Shown: piece by piece, positions 25,017-34,843 of the stretch
How the letters are laid out: each line of letters starts with the position of its first letter
Position numbering within the stretch: position 1 is the first letter of the stretch
Assembly: GCA_016715945.1 (NCBI GenBank)
Contig: JADJXJ010000001.1
Coordinates: 1,599,367 to 1,663,366 of the forward strand
Direction: 5' to 3'
DNA length: 64,000 nucleotides
Source of the DNA: Bacteroidota bacterium
GTDB lineage: Bacteria; Bacteroidota; Bacteroidia; Bacteroidales; F082
Translations under genes and position numbers: made by a program
Notes under the pieces: generated by a model
The model's input: only the letters and a program-made list of their open reading frames with translations
Databases searched by the model: none
Told to the model about the DNA's origin: nothing

Positions 25017-26171
25017 ATGAAGCAGGCCATAAGCTCCGATTTTAAACTGGGTATTCTTGGCGGAGGCCAGTTGGGCAAGATGCTTTGCCAGGCCACAAGC
25101 ACCTGGGACATAGCCACATGGGTACTCGATCCCGATCCGGAGGCATCCGCAGCCGAAGTCTGCACACGTTTTATCAATGGCTCTTTCCGCGATTATGACA
25201 CGGTGCTGAGTTTTGGGCGCCAGGTTGACCTGCTCACGATAGAAATCGAAGGTGTGAACATCGAAGCTGTGGAGCAGCTCGAGCGCGAAGGCATCCCCAT
25301 GTATCCCGAGCCACGCTGCCTGCGGATCATCCGCGATAAGGGCCTGCAAAAGCTTTTTTACACCGAAAACCACCTGCCTACCGCCCCTTTCCGGTTGTTC
25401 GAAACGGCCGATGAGGTGCGCGCTGCAGTTGCTGACGGAAGCCTCAGCCTGCCATTTGTGCAGAAAACCAGGCTTGCGGGTTACGACGGGCAGGGCGTGA
25501 AGGTCGTTGCTACGCCATCCGACCTGGAGTCGTTGTTCGATGTTCCTTCGCTGGCTGAAGATTTTATTGAGAATGCGCTCGAGATTGCTGTGATTGTCTC
25601 GCGCAACAGAAGCGGTGAGCTGGCTGTTTATCCTGCGGTGGAGATGATTTTCAATCCTGTGGCCAATCTGGTGGAGTATTTGCTTTCGCCTGCCCGCATC
25701 GGCGAACAGCTCAGCCGTCAGGCCGCGGAGATTGCCGTCGAAACCGCCAAAGCTTTTGGAATAACCGGTTTGCTGGCTGTGGAAATGTTTGTGGACAGCG
25801 CAGGCCGCATTTTCATCAACGAAGTAGCACCCCGTCCGCACAACAGCGGGCACCACACCATCGAGAGTGCAATCACCTCACAATACGAGCAACACCTGCG
25901 GGCTATTCTGGGTTTGCATCCGGGTTCCACGCGCCTCACCTCGCCTGCCGTGATGGTCAATATCCTCGGTCAGCCGGGCTATGCAGGACCGGCCATTTAC
26001 GACGGGCTCAACGAGGTGCTGGCCATCGAAGGCGTCAAACTGCACATCTACGGTAAGAAGACTACCCGTCCCTTCCGCAAAATGGGCCATGCCACCATCC
26101 TCGATCCCGATCTTGCTACCGCATTGTCCAAAGCCGGAACCGTGCTCAGGAGGCTGAGAGTAATTAGTTGA
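25017..26171 (+). CDS. purK: N5-carboxyaminoimidazole ribonucleotide synthase
   Basis: KLGILGGGQLGKMLCQA, an ATP-grasp core, and ...NEVAPRPHNSGHHT. Canonical PurK. Confidence 0.9.
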   Translation: MKQAISSDFKLGILGGGQLGKMLCQATSTWDIATWVLDPDPEASAAEVCTRFINGSFRDYDTVLSFGRQVDLLTIEIEGVNIEAVEQLEREGIPMYPEPRCLRIIRDKGLQKLFYTENHLPTAPFRLFETADEVRAAVADGSLSLPFVQKTRLAGYDGQGVKVVATPSDLESLFDVPSLAEDFIENALEIAVIVSRNRSGELAVYPAVEMIFNPVANLVEYLLSPARIGEQLSRQAAEIAVETAKAFGITGLLAVEMFVDSAGRIFINEVAPRPHNSGHHTIESAITSQYEQHLRAILGLHPGSTRLTSPAVMVNILGQPGYAGPAIYDGLNEVLAIEGVKLHIYGKKTTRPFRKMGHATILDPDLATALSKAGTVLRRLRVIS

Positions 26172-26182
26172 AATGCAATACT

Positions 26183-26614
26183 TTACTCCTCAATGGTGAT
26201 CGAAAGAATCTTGTCGCCCTGTCGGATGCTGTCGATCACATCCACATTTTCGATCACCTTACCGAATACGGTATGTTTGCGGTCGAGGTGGGCTGTATTG
26301 CGCCGGTTGTGGCAGATAAAAAACTGTGAGCCACCGGTGTTTCGGCCGGCATGAGCCATCGAAAGCACCCCACGGTCGTGGTATTGTTTTTTTCCATCCG
26401 TTTCACAGGGAATGCGGTAACCCGGACCACCCGTTCCATCACCTCTGGGGCATCCCCCCTGCACTACGAAATCCGGAATCACCCTGTGAAAAGTCAGACC
26501 ATCGTAAAAACCCGATTTGGCCAGCTTTACAAAGTTTGCCACCGTGCCTGGCGCATCATCCTCAAACAGTTCGATGACCATGGTGCCCTTGTCGGTTACC
26601 ATTGTTGCTTTCAT
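26183..26614 (-). CDS. cyclophilin-type peptidyl-prolyl cis-trans isomerase
   Basis: 143 aa: [25 protein letters not shown]...GGSQFFI...[11 protein letters not shown]. Confidence 0.9.
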   Translation of the reverse strand: MKATMVTDKGTMVIELFEDDAPGTVANFVKLAKSGFYDGLTFHRVIPDFVVQGGCPRGDGTGGPGYRIPCETDGKKQYHDRGVLSMAHAGRNTGGSQFFICHNRRNTAHLDRKHTVFGKVIENVDVIDSIRQGDKILSITIEE

Positions 26615-26639
26615 GCGTATGATATTGTTTTACAATGAA

Positions 26640-28151
26640 TTATTTAACGAAACGAAGCGATTTATGCCACCGGACTTTGCCGCCAAACAGCGGCTTGTTT
26701 TTGTCGAGCGAGAGCCACACAAATACGGCTTTACCCACGATATGATCTTCGGGTACAAAGCCCCAGAAACGGGAGTCGGCCGAGTTGTGGCGATTGTCGC
26801 CCATCATCCAGTAATAGTTCTGGGCAAATGTGTATTGCGTAGTTTCCACGTCATCCACAAAGATTTTTTCGCCCTCGGTGCGGAGTTTGTGGCCTTCGTA
26901 CGCCGTGATGATGCGCTCGTAAAGCGGCAGGGTGCTGGCATTGAGCGCCACAGTTTTTCCTTTTGAAGGTATCTCGAGCGGGCCAAAATTGTCCACGTTC
27001 CAGGGATAACGGGCATCGTGCGGGAAGATTTCCGGATTCCATTCGCCGGCTTCATCCGTGAGCATCTGCACCTGCTTTACATTCGGCAGCTGCTGCAGCT
27101 CTTTTGCCACGGCCGGTGTGGTCCAGAACACATATTCCCCGTTTTGCATGCCCAGCCTGCCCTCGGTGATGTCATATTTATCCAGCACGCGCTGGTTGAT
27201 GGGACTGCCATCGGTGAGAATGCTGTACCTGAATTGCAATTGACCGGGCGTCGGGTTTGGCTGACCATTCACGAACAGCTCTGCGTTTCGTATTTCGATG
27301 ACATCGCCTGGCATGCCCACACACCTTTTAATGTAATTCTCCCTTTTGTCAACCGGACGGCTGGTGATTTCGCCGAAGTTGCGTTTGTCGCTCCACACCC
27401 GTTCGCGGCCATATTGTCTCACAAGCTGATAATAGCTCACATTGCTCTGAAACTTCAGGCTCAGCGTATCGCCGTCGGGATAGTTGAACACCACGGCATC
27501 GTTGCGCTGCACCTGTCCGAGACCCGGGAATCGGTAGTAAGGCCAGCTGACCCATTCCACATACGATTTGGCTGTTTCGCTCCAGGGCAAGGTGTGGTGC
27601 ACAAACGGAAACGCCAAAGGGGTATTGGGCAGGCGAGGCCCGTAGCTCAACTTGCTCACAAACAGAAAGTCGCCAACCAGCAGCGACTTTTCCATACTCG
27701 AGGTGGGAATGGTATAAGCTTCGAACAGGAACATGCGAATGATGCTGGCAGCAACCACGGCAAACACGATGGCATCGAGCCACTCGCGCACAGGCGTCTT
27801 TTTCGGACGCTCTGTGACGGCAGGGTCAAGATATGGGAGCTGTTGGGCTGCCACACGCGGCAGATAAACAAACGGCAGGGCTGCGGCTGCCAGATGCTGC
27901 AGAAAACCTTCCTTGCCAAAACACCGCACCAGCTCGATGAGCATGAGCCAATACACGAAAATATTCAGAAACGGAACCAGCATCAGGGCAAGCCACCACC
28001 AGGGCTTCTTGATGATTTTCAGCAGGATGAAGAGGTTGTAGTAGGGCACAGCCGACATCCAGCCCTTGTATCCGGCCTTTTCGTAAAGCTTCCAGCCAAA
28101 CACATTAAATACTGTAAGCAGTGCCGGAACCAATAAAATAAAACTAATCAT
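26640..28151 (-). CDS. lepB: signal peptidase I (long Bacteroidota form with N-terminal multi-TM extension)
   Basis: [17 protein letters not shown] (catalytic Ser box), [41 protein letters not shown]. Confidence 0.9.
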   Translation of the reverse strand: MISFILLVPALLTVFNVFGWKLYEKAGYKGWMSAVPYYNLFILLKIIKKPWWWLALMLVPFLNIFVYWLMLIELVRCFGKEGFLQHLAAAALPFVYLPRVAAQQLPYLDPAVTERPKKTPVREWLDAIVFAVVAASIIRMFLFEAYTIPTSSMEKSLLVGDFLFVSKLSYGPRLPNTPLAFPFVHHTLPWSETAKSYVEWVSWPYYRFPGLGQVQRNDAVVFNYPDGDTLSLKFQSNVSYYQLVRQYGRERVWSDKRNFGEITSRPVDKRENYIKRCVGMPGDVIEIRNAELFVNGQPNPTPGQLQFRYSILTDGSPINQRVLDKYDITEGRLGMQNGEYVFWTTPAVAKELQQLPNVKQVQMLTDEAGEWNPEIFPHDARYPWNVDNFGPLEIPSKGKTVALNASTLPLYERIITAYEGHKLRTEGEKIFVDDVETTQYTFAQNYYWMMGDNRHNSADSRFWGFVPEDHIVGKAVFVWLSLDKNKPLFGGKVRWHKSLRFVK

Positions 28152-28243
28152 GCGGCGGAAATTTTGAGGGCGAAGTTAACAAAGTATTAAGGGTGTTCGG
28201 GCAGGGCGCTGTTAATTATTCATAACCAAAGCTGTAGCCTGAT

Positions 28244-28954
28244 TCAATAGCCAAGCAGGTCTTCCATGGTAAAGATTCCGGTTTTGCCAAGCACAAATTC
28301 TGCTGCCAGCACTGCGCCCAACGCAAAGCCCTCCCGGCTGAAGGCCTCGTGCCTCAGCACAATCTGATCCGAAGCCGAGGTGGCTATCACCTCGTGAATA
28401 CCTTTAACCTCACCTTCGCGTATGGCTTCCACCGGAAGGACGGAGGCTTGTGCATCGTTACCAAGCTGCCAGCTTTCAAGACCTTCTACCCTGGCAATCA
28501 GATCGTTGGCAAGCTGTACGGCTGTTCCGCTGGGGGCATCGAGTTTGTGCACATGATGCACTTCCCGAATGCGCAGTTTGTAGTCGGTGCCATTGACCAA
28601 CCAGGCCAGCTGCCGGTTAAGCCTGAACACGATGTTCATTCCGATGGAAAAATTCGGGGCATGGAACAAGGTGCCGTTGTGCTCCATCACCAGCATTTTA
28701 ACCTCATCGAGGTGCTGCTGCCAGCCTGTGGTGCCCACCACAACAGGCCATCCCATGGTGATACAGCGTCGTATGTTTTCCAAAGCAGCCTCAGGCGAAC
28801 TGAAATCAATGCACACATCTGCACTGATGTCCGGAGGGATGTCGTGCCATTGGGAGGCATTGTCGATTACCAGCGCAATCTGATGTCCTCTGGAAAGGCA
28901 TTGGTGTTCAACCATTTTGCCCATCTTTCCGTAGCCGGAGAGCACAATATTCAT
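28244..28954 (-). CDS. dapB: 4-hydroxy-tetrahydrodipicolinate reductase
   Basis: MNIVLSGYGKMGKMV..., EVHHVHKLDAPSGTA. Canonical DapB. Confidence 0.9.
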   Translation of the reverse strand: MNIVLSGYGKMGKMVEHQCLSRGHQIALVIDNASQWHDIPPDISADVCIDFSSPEAALENIRRCITMGWPVVVGTTGWQQHLDEVKMLVMEHNGTLFHAPNFSIGMNIVFRLNRQLAWLVNGTDYKLRIREVHHVHKLDAPSGTAVQLANDLIARVEGLESWQLGNDAQASVLPVEAIREGEVKGIHEVIATSASDQIVLRHEAFSREGFALGAVLAAEFVLGKTGIFTMEDLLGY

Positions 28955-28958
28955 AGGC

Positions 28959-29522
28959 TTAGAATTTTAAACGTACACTGATGCCTGCAGGCAAGGCTGC
29001 CATTGGCGAAGCCGGCATTGTTGGGGCGAGCTGCATTCCCGGCCTGATCTGGAGGACAAGGTCTTCGCTGACGTCGTAGTAAAAAAAGTGTGCATCTACC
29101 GTGGCATCAATGATATTCAGTGCATACCACACGCCCAGGAGCAGAAAACTTACCTCCATATTGCGCCGGTAGTAGTCGCGTATGGTGATGATGTCGTTGG
29201 CCGGATACTTGATATACTTGTTGTCGGTGGGGTAGGTCTCGCCCTGCGAAACATAAGTAAACGCCTCGCGGGCCATGCGGTATTCGTTGCGGTTGAGGAT
29301 GCCTGCATAGGTAAACGCCCCGATACCTGCATACACTATGGGCACTTTCCAGTATTTGCGGTTGTAAATCTGTCCCAGCCCGGGCAGCACGGCCGAATAG
29401 ACGCTTGCCTTGTGCGGCGAATGCTGATTAGCCGAAGCAAGCGTGTCGTTTGCAGGCTTTTGCGCCCTGACGGGAACCAAAGCCAGCAAAAGAATAAGCA
29501 GCAGCCACGATGGTTTATTCAT
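28959..29522 (-). CDS. DUF5683-family membrane protein (conserved downstream of parB in Bacteroidota)
   Basis: Signal/TM segment then SAVLPGLGQIYNRKYWKVPIVYAGIG. ATG 29522 is preferred over the TTG at 29531. Confidence 0.7.
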   Translation of the reverse strand: MNKPSWLLLILLLALVPVRAQKPANDTLASANQHSPHKASVYSAVLPGLGQIYNRKYWKVPIVYAGIGAFTYAGILNRNEYRMAREAFTYVSQGETYPTDNKYIKYPANDIITIRDYYRRNMEVSFLLLGVWYALNIIDATVDAHFFYYDVSEDLVLQIRPGMQLAPTMPASPMAALPAGISVRLKF

Positions 29523-30426
29523 CCGAACCAAGTGCGTTCAGGAGGCCGAGCAGGTTTTCGAGCTGACCATCATTGTCAAACGCAATGGATAACGCACCTT
29601 TTCCTTTGGGATTGCGTTTGATTTCTATTTTGGCGCCTATCTTTCTTGAGAGTTCGGCTGCCTTGTCTTTGTACACAGCGGGAACAGCCTGCACGGGAGC
29701 TTTTGCTTTGTTGCCCTGCGGATTGCTCAGGTCGCGCACCATTTTCTCCACCTGGCGCACGTTGAGCTCTTTTTCGATGATTTGCTGAAGGATAAGCAGC
29801 TGTTTTACAGGGTCTTCGATATTGATCAATGCGCGGGCATGCCCCATGGTGATATGTCCGTCGCGGAGTGCAATCTGCACTTCGGGCGGCAGCTTGAGCA
29901 GCCGGAGGAAATTGGCAATGGTGGTACGGCCTTTACCTACCTTTTCGCTGAGTTGCTCCTGTGTGAGCTGGCATTCTTCCATGAGGCGCTGGTAGCTGAT
30001 GGCCACCTCTATGGCGTTGAGGTTTTCGCGGTGGATGTTCTCGATGAGGGCCATCTCGAGCATCTGCTCATCGTTGGCAACCCTGATGAATACCGGTATG
30101 GTAGTCAGGCCGGCCAGTTTAGATGCACGCAAACGTCGTTCTCCGCTGATCAGCTGATACTTATCAAAACCCAGTTTGCGCACGGTCACCGGCTGGATCA
30201 CTCCCTGAGCTTTGATGGAGGCGGCCAGTTCGCGCAGGGCCATATCGTCGAAATCGGTGCGCGGCTGAAAGGGATTGGTCTCGATTTTGTCAATATCAAT
30301 CTCGGCCGTTGCACCTACCACATAGTTACCGGCGATATCTTCGGACGTGATGTCGGTTTCGGGGCTTTGCAGAATAGCCTCAAGTCCGCGGCCCAGCCCC
30401 CTTTTTTTTGTCTTGTCAGCGCTCAC
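29515..30426 (-). CDS. parB: ParB/Spo0J chromosome-partitioning protein
   Basis: GLGRGLEAIL, QPRTDFD, GERRLRASKLAG, and an HTH region. GTG start forms a GTGA overlap with the parA stop. Confidence 0.9.
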   Translation of the reverse strand: MSADKTKKRGLGRGLEAILQSPETDITSEDIAGNYVVGATAEIDIDKIETNPFQPRTDFDDMALRELAASIKAQGVIQPVTVRKLGFDKYQLISGERRLRASKLAGLTTIPVFIRVANDEQMLEMALIENIHRENLNAIEVAISYQRLMEECQLTQEQLSEKVGKGRTTIANFLRLLKLPPEVQIALRDGHITMGHARALINIEDPVKQLLILQQIIEKELNVRQVEKMVRDLSNPQGNKAKAPVQAVPAVYKDKAAELSRKIGAKIEIKRNPKGKGALSIAFDNDGQLENLLGLLNALGSDE

Positions 30427-31217
30427 TTGCTTTCCTCCTCAGTTTTTGCGACCATTTTATTCTTTACGAGAATTTCTCTGGCAAGGTTCAGATAATTGAT
30501 GGCGCCCGTGCTGGCGGCATCGTGCATGATGATGGTTTCGCCGTGGCTGGGCGCTTCGCTCAGGCGGGTGTTGCGGGCAACGATGGTGTCGAAAACAAGC
30601 TGCTGGAAGTGGGTTTTCACCTCCTCCACCACCTGACGCGAAAGCCTCAGGCGCGAGTCGAACATGGTCAGCAGTATGCCCTCGATGTCGAGCTGGGGGT
30701 TCAGGCGGGTTTGCACAATCTTGATGGTATTAAGCAGCTTGCCGAGTCCTTCGAGGGCAAAATATTCGCATTGCACGGGGATGATAACCGAGTCGGATGC
30801 GGTGAGGGCATTCACCGTGATCAACCCGAGCGAGGGCGAGCAGTCGATGAGCACAAAGTCGTAATCGTTTTTCACTTTGTCGATCACCTGCTTCATCATC
30901 TTCTCGCGGTTTGGCAGATTGATCATCTCAATCTCCGCGCCTACCAGGTCGATATGGGCAGGAAGCAGCATCAGGTTGGGCGTGGTTGTTTCGAGCGTTG
31001 CCACCGAAGGTTCCACCCCGTCCATGATGCATTCGTACACGCTGTTTTCGATTTCCTTTGGGTCGTAGCCCAATCCCGAAGTAGCGTTGGCCTGCGGGTC
31101 GGCATCCACAAGCAAGGTACGAAACTCAAGCACCGCGAAGCTGGCTGCCAGGTTGATGGCAGTGGTTGTTTTGCCTACCCCGCCCTTTTGGTTTGCTATG
31201 GCAATGGTTTTACCCAT
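30423..31217 (-). CDS. parA: ParA/Soj chromosome-partitioning ATPase
   Basis: MGKTIAIANQKGGVGKTTTAINLA (deviant Walker A). Start at ATG 31217. Confidence 0.9.
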   Translation of the reverse strand: MGKTIAIANQKGGVGKTTTAINLAASFAVLEFRTLLVDADPQANATSGLGYDPKEIENSVYECIMDGVEPSVATLETTTPNLMLLPAHIDLVGAEIEMINLPNREKMMKQVIDKVKNDYDFVLIDCSPSLGLITVNALTASDSVIIPVQCEYFALEGLGKLLNTIKIVQTRLNPQLDIEGILLTMFDSRLRLSRQVVEEVKTHFQQLVFDTIVARNTRLSEAPSHGETIIMHDAASTGAINYLNLAREILVKNKMVAKTEEESK

Positions 31218-31270
31218 GATGTTGTACTTCAGCTTGTTAAAGTAATTTTGTCGCAAAATTCGTCCGGAGG

Positions 31271-31278
31271 CAAAGTTA
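31271..31278 (-). promoter_or_regulatory. candidate -7 box TAACTTTG upstream of parA
   Basis: Reverse complement of caaagtta. Lies 54 nt upstream of ATG 31217. Confidence 0.35.
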
Positions 31279-31377
31279 GTGCTTTTGCACAAGCTCTGTC
31301 ACGCTCCCGGCAAAAAGCCGGTGCGTTTGAAAACTAATCTGAAGTATATTTCGGGATGACAGTGGCGGATAGCCGAC

Positions 31378-31692
31378 TTAAAGATCCTCAAATTCAATGT
31401 CGGCCTGGTCGATGCCGTAGTTTTCGGGCAGCTCTCCGGTTTCAATAAAATGTATGCTTTCCTGCAGACCTTTGATAAACTTTTCAAAGTCTTCCCGGTA
31501 CAGAAAAATCTTGTGTTTCTCGTAAATAAACCGCCCCAGTTCGTTGCTAAACTTGCGCTTGCTTTCAGTGATGGTGATGTATTTGTCGTCGCCCCGCGTA
31601 ACCTTGACGTCGAAGAAATAGGTTCGTTTTCCGGCTTTCACTGCACGCGAAAAAATTCCATCCCTGTTGTCGTGCCTGTATTCAGCGTCCAT
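31378..31692 (-). CDS. PUR-alpha-like ssDNA/RNA-binding protein (DUF3276)
   Basis: 104 aa: IFSRAVKAGKRTYFFDVKVTRGDDKYITITESKR...KHKIFLYREDFEKF. Typical bacterial PUR repeat. Confidence 0.8.
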   Translation of the reverse strand: MDAEYRHDNRDGIFSRAVKAGKRTYFFDVKVTRGDDKYITITESKRKFSNELGRFIYEKHKIFLYREDFEKFIKGLQESIHFIETGELPENYGIDQADIEFEDL

Positions 31693-31726
31693 TTGCTTAC
31701 TGTTTTCCTTAGCTCTGTTGCCGAAA

Positions 31727-31734
31727 CAAAAGTA
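31727..31734 (-). promoter_or_regulatory. candidate -7 box TACTTTTG upstream of the PUR-like gene
   Basis: Reverse complement of caaaagta. Lies 35 nt upstream of ATG 31692. Confidence 0.35.
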
Positions 31735-31858
31735 AAAAATCTTCCTTACGTCAGGCCAGCAGGTAAAAAATACCGGCCTTTTGTTTTGTTAAGTCTTTTC
31801 TTATTTCCGGTATTCCGGTTAGCTTGGCCATCTTATCTGGATTCATTCTAAAAATGCC

Positions 31859-31866
31859 TATTTTTG
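31859..31866 (+). promoter_or_regulatory. candidate -7 box TATTTTTG upstream of the E2 gene
   Basis: Matches TAnnTTTG. Lies 60 nt upstream of ATG 31926. Confidence 0.35.
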
Positions 31867-31925
31867 CAGCCTGAAATTGAACAAAAAGCATCATTATTTC
31901 CTTTTGATGACAAAAACATTCTTGT

Positions 31926-33257
31926 ATGGCCACATTTGAAATTGTGATGCCCAAGATGGGCGAAAGTGTTATTGAAGCCACCATCACCAAATGGCTCAAA
32001 CAACCCGGCGATATGGTGTCGGAAGACGACCCGATCGTTGAGATTGCCACCGACAAGGTGGACAGCGAGATCCCCTCGCCCGTCGAAGGCAAGCTGATCA
32101 AGCAATTATATAAGGAGGGTGACGTGGTTGCCGTTGGCCTGCCTATTGCGGTCATCTCGCTCGATGGCGAAGATGCTGTTGCAGGTGAAGATGCGCCGGC
32201 CGCTCCGCAGCCTGAGGCAATACCCGGCGCCGAACTCATTGCCGGAGGCACTGCAGCAGCCGATGTGCCTGCACCGGTGAGCACCCCCGGAAGATTTTAT
32301 TCGCCCCTGGTCAAGAGCATTGCCAAAGCCGAAAACATCGGCCAGGAGGAGCTCGACCGCATTCCGGGATCGGGCAAGGACGGACGCGTGACCAAGGAAG
32401 ACGTACTCAACTATCTCAAAAACAGGTCACAAGCTCCCCAGCCAGTGGCCGCCACACCCGCACCGGCACCTCAAGCTGCTTCCGCACCGGCCCCTGCCCC
32501 GGCAAAACCTGCCCAGAAGATCGAAGCTCCGAAGGTGGTCACCGAAGCCGGCGACCAGATTGTGGAAATGGACCGCATGCGCCGCATCATCGCCGACCAC
32601 ATGGTGATGTCGAAGCATGTGTCGCCACACGTTACCAGCTTTATCGATGTGGACGTGACCAATATCGTAAACTGGCGCAACAGGGTGAAGGACAGCTTCT
32701 TCAAACGCGAAGGCGAAAAAATCACCTACACCCCGATCTTCTTCGAAGCCGCAGCCAAAGCCCTGAAAGAATTTCCTCAGATCAACGCCTCGGTTGACGG
32801 TTACAACATCATCCTGCGCAAGAACATCAACATCGGCATGGCCACAGCCCTGCCCAACGGCAACCTGATTGTGCCGGTAATCAAAAATGTGGACGAAAAA
32901 AGCCTGCTCGGCATCACCAAATCGGTGAACGACCTGGCAAATCGCGCAAGGGCCAACAAGCTCCTGCCCGACGAAATTCAGGGCGGCACCTTTACCATCA
33001 CCAATTTCGGCACCTTCGACAGCATCACGGGCACACCCATCATCAATCAGCCTCAGGTGGCAATCCTGGCTGTAGGTGCCATCCGCAAGCAACCCGCTGT
33101 GATCGAAACCGAATTCGGCGATGTGATTGCAATCCGCCACATCATGATCCTGGCGCTGGCTTACGACCACAGGATTGTGGATGGCGCTCTGGGCGGCATG
33201 TTCCTCAAAAAGATGAAACAGCTGCTCGAAGGGTTCAATCCCGAACGGGAAATCTAA
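31926..33257 (+). CDS. 2-oxoacid dehydrogenase E2 component (dihydrolipoamide acyltransferase)
   Basis: Lipoyl domain (IATDKVDSEIPSP), Ala/Pro-rich linkers, a subunit-binding domain (SPLVKSIAKAENI), and a catalytic domain with DHRIVDG. Confidence 0.9.
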   Translation: MATFEIVMPKMGESVIEATITKWLKQPGDMVSEDDPIVEIATDKVDSEIPSPVEGKLIKQLYKEGDVVAVGLPIAVISLDGEDAVAGEDAPAAPQPEAIPGAELIAGGTAAADVPAPVSTPGRFYSPLVKSIAKAENIGQEELDRIPGSGKDGRVTKEDVLNYLKNRSQAPQPVAATPAPAPQAASAPAPAPAKPAQKIEAPKVVTEAGDQIVEMDRMRRIIADHMVMSKHVSPHVTSFIDVDVTNIVNWRNRVKDSFFKREGEKITYTPIFFEAAAKALKEFPQINASVDGYNIILRKNINIGMATALPNGNLIVPVIKNVDEKSLLGITKSVNDLANRARANKLLPDEIQGGTFTITNFGTFDSITGTPIINQPQVAILAVGAIRKQPAVIETEFGDVIAIRHIMILALAYDHRIVDGALGGMFLKKMKQLLEGFNPEREI

Positions 33258-33277
33258 GTCATTAAAAATCAATATCA

Positions 33278-33310
33278 CAGGGTTAGCCCTTGGCTGACCC
33301 TGTTTTTTTT
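33278..33310 (+). terminator. rho-independent terminator after the E2 gene
   Basis: CAGGGTTAGC-CCTTG-GCTGACCCTG (10-bp stem, one G-U) followed by eight T. Confidence 0.85.
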
Positions 33311-33322
33311 CAAACCGTCTGC

Positions 33323-34159
33323 ATGAAGATCAACCTGAAGCGTCCCCTTGCCTTTTTCGACCTCGAAACCACCGGGCTCAACATCATCACCGACCGCATC
33401 ATCGAAATCAGCATCCTGAAGGTGCACCCCGATGGCCAGGAGGAAATTAAGACCTGGAGGGTCAATCCCGGCGTGCCCATCCCTCCCTCCTCTACTGCTT
33501 TCCATGGCATCACCGACGAAGATGTGAAAGATCTCCCGGGTTTCGCTTCCATTGCTCACGATGTGGCACGTTTTCTCGAAGGTTGCGACCTGGCAGGGTA
33601 CAATGCCATCAAATTCGATCTGCCCCTGCTGGTCGAAGAGTTTTTGCGCTACGACATCCCCTTCGATGTTTCCAACCGCCATCTTATTGACGTGCAGAAC
33701 ATTTTCATGAAAATGGAACCAAGAAACCTCAGGGGAGCCTACCGGTTTTACTGCCAGAAAGAACTCACCGATGCCCATTCGGCCGAGGCCGACACCCGTG
33801 CCACATTTGAAATACTCAAAGCACAACTCGCCCGATATCAGGACGCGGAATATACCGACCCTGCCGGCAAGACTTCCAGACCAGTAGAAAACGACGTGCG
33901 CAAACTGCATGAGTTTTCGGCACATCACCGCAATGCCGACCTCAACGGGCAGATTATTTACGACGCCCAAAACCGGGAAGTTTTTAACTTCGGCAAGCAC
34001 AAAGGTAAACGCGTGGAGGACGTGTTTCGCGATGAGCCTTCGTATTACGACTGGATGATGAAGGGTGAGTTTCCGTTGTTTACAAAAAAACTGATCACAG
34101 CCATCCGCCTGCGCATGAAAGGCGGACAGGTGCGAATGACCAACAAAAAACAGGAATGA
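33323..34159 (+). CDS. DEDD-family 3'-5' exonuclease (DnaQ/PolIII-epsilon-like) with C-terminal extension
   Basis: LAFFDLETTGLN (ExoI), GYNAIKFDLPLL (ExoII), HSAEADT (ExoIII, DEDDh). Confidence 0.85.
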   Translation: MKINLKRPLAFFDLETTGLNIITDRIIEISILKVHPDGQEEIKTWRVNPGVPIPPSSTAFHGITDEDVKDLPGFASIAHDVARFLEGCDLAGYNAIKFDLPLLVEEFLRYDIPFDVSNRHLIDVQNIFMKMEPRNLRGAYRFYCQKELTDAHSAEADTRATFEILKAQLARYQDAEYTDPAGKTSRPVENDVRKLHEFSAHHRNADLNGQIIYDAQNREVFNFGKHKGKRVEDVFRDEPSYYDWMMKGEFPLFTKKLITAIRLRMKGGQVRMTNKKQE

Positions 34160-34160
34160 T

Positions 34161-34772
34161 ATGAAAATCATCTGCATCGGACGCAACTATGCCGAACACG
34201 CCCGCGAGCTGAACAACCCGCTCCCGGCCAAGCCTGTGTTTTTCATGAAACCCGACACAGCCCTGCTCCCGCCCCACAACCCATTTTTTCTGCCCGACTT
34301 CTCGAACGAGATTCACTACGAAACCGAACTCGTCCTGCGCATCTGCAAGCACGGTCGCAGCATCGAAAAGCAGTTCGCGTATAAATACTACGACGCCATC
34401 GGGGTTGGAATCGATTTCACTGCGCGCGACCTTCAGGCCGAATGCAAGCAAAAAGGCCTTCCCTGGGAAGTGGCCAAGGCTTTCGACTTTTCGGCTCCCG
34501 TGAGCCGCTTCCTGCCAAAGGAACAGTTTGCCGACCTGAGCAATATCCGTTTCGGCCTGAAAATCAATGGCGAATGGCGGCAACAAGGCAACAGCCGCGA
34601 TATGATCTTCAGTTTCGACCACATCATATCCTACGTTTCGCAGTTTATCACCCTGCGCGAAGGCGACTACATCTTTACCGGCACACCCGAAGGCGTGGGG
34701 CAAACCCAGATCAACGACCGCTTTGAATTGTTCATTGAAGATCAGCTCATGCTGACATTCAATGTGAAATAA
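34161..34772 (+). CDS. fumarylacetoacetate hydrolase (FAH) family protein
   Basis: MKIICIGRNYAEHARELNNPLPAKPVFFMKP...YETELV...GTPEGVG. Confidence 0.85.
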   Translation: MKIICIGRNYAEHARELNNPLPAKPVFFMKPDTALLPPHNPFFLPDFSNEIHYETELVLRICKHGRSIEKQFAYKYYDAIGVGIDFTARDLQAECKQKGLPWEVAKAFDFSAPVSRFLPKEQFADLSNIRFGLKINGEWRQQGNSRDMIFSFDHIISYVSQFITLREGDYIFTGTPEGVGQTQINDRFELFIEDQLMLTFNVK

Positions 34773-34843
34773 TTCATAAACAGATATTTACGGCGATAGC
34801 CCGCTTTTTTTCAGGCTTTGCTGACAGCCAGCCTGAGCCAAAC

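Noticed and set aside
24990-25856. 288-aa minus-strand ORF
   Set aside because: Antisense to purK.
27018-28136. 372-aa plus-strand ORF
   Set aside because: Antisense to lepB (clear signal peptidase I boxes). No motifs, and shadow-ORF composition.
29515-31377. parA-parB as a marker for a nearby replication origin
   Set aside because: I saw no cluster of TTATCCACA-like DnaA boxes or an AT-rich unwinding element in the flanking spacers. dnaA, dnaN and gidA are absent from the window, and parAB are not reliably origin-adjacent in Bacteroidota.
30408-33278. ORFs 30408-31337 (+) and 32427-33278 (-)
   Set aside because: Antisense to parA and to the E2 gene respectively. No motifs.
33275-34186. 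303-aa minus-strand ORF
   Set aside because: Antisense to the DEDDh exonuclease gene, which has all three Exo motifs. It also overlaps the strong plus-strand terminator at 33278-33310.
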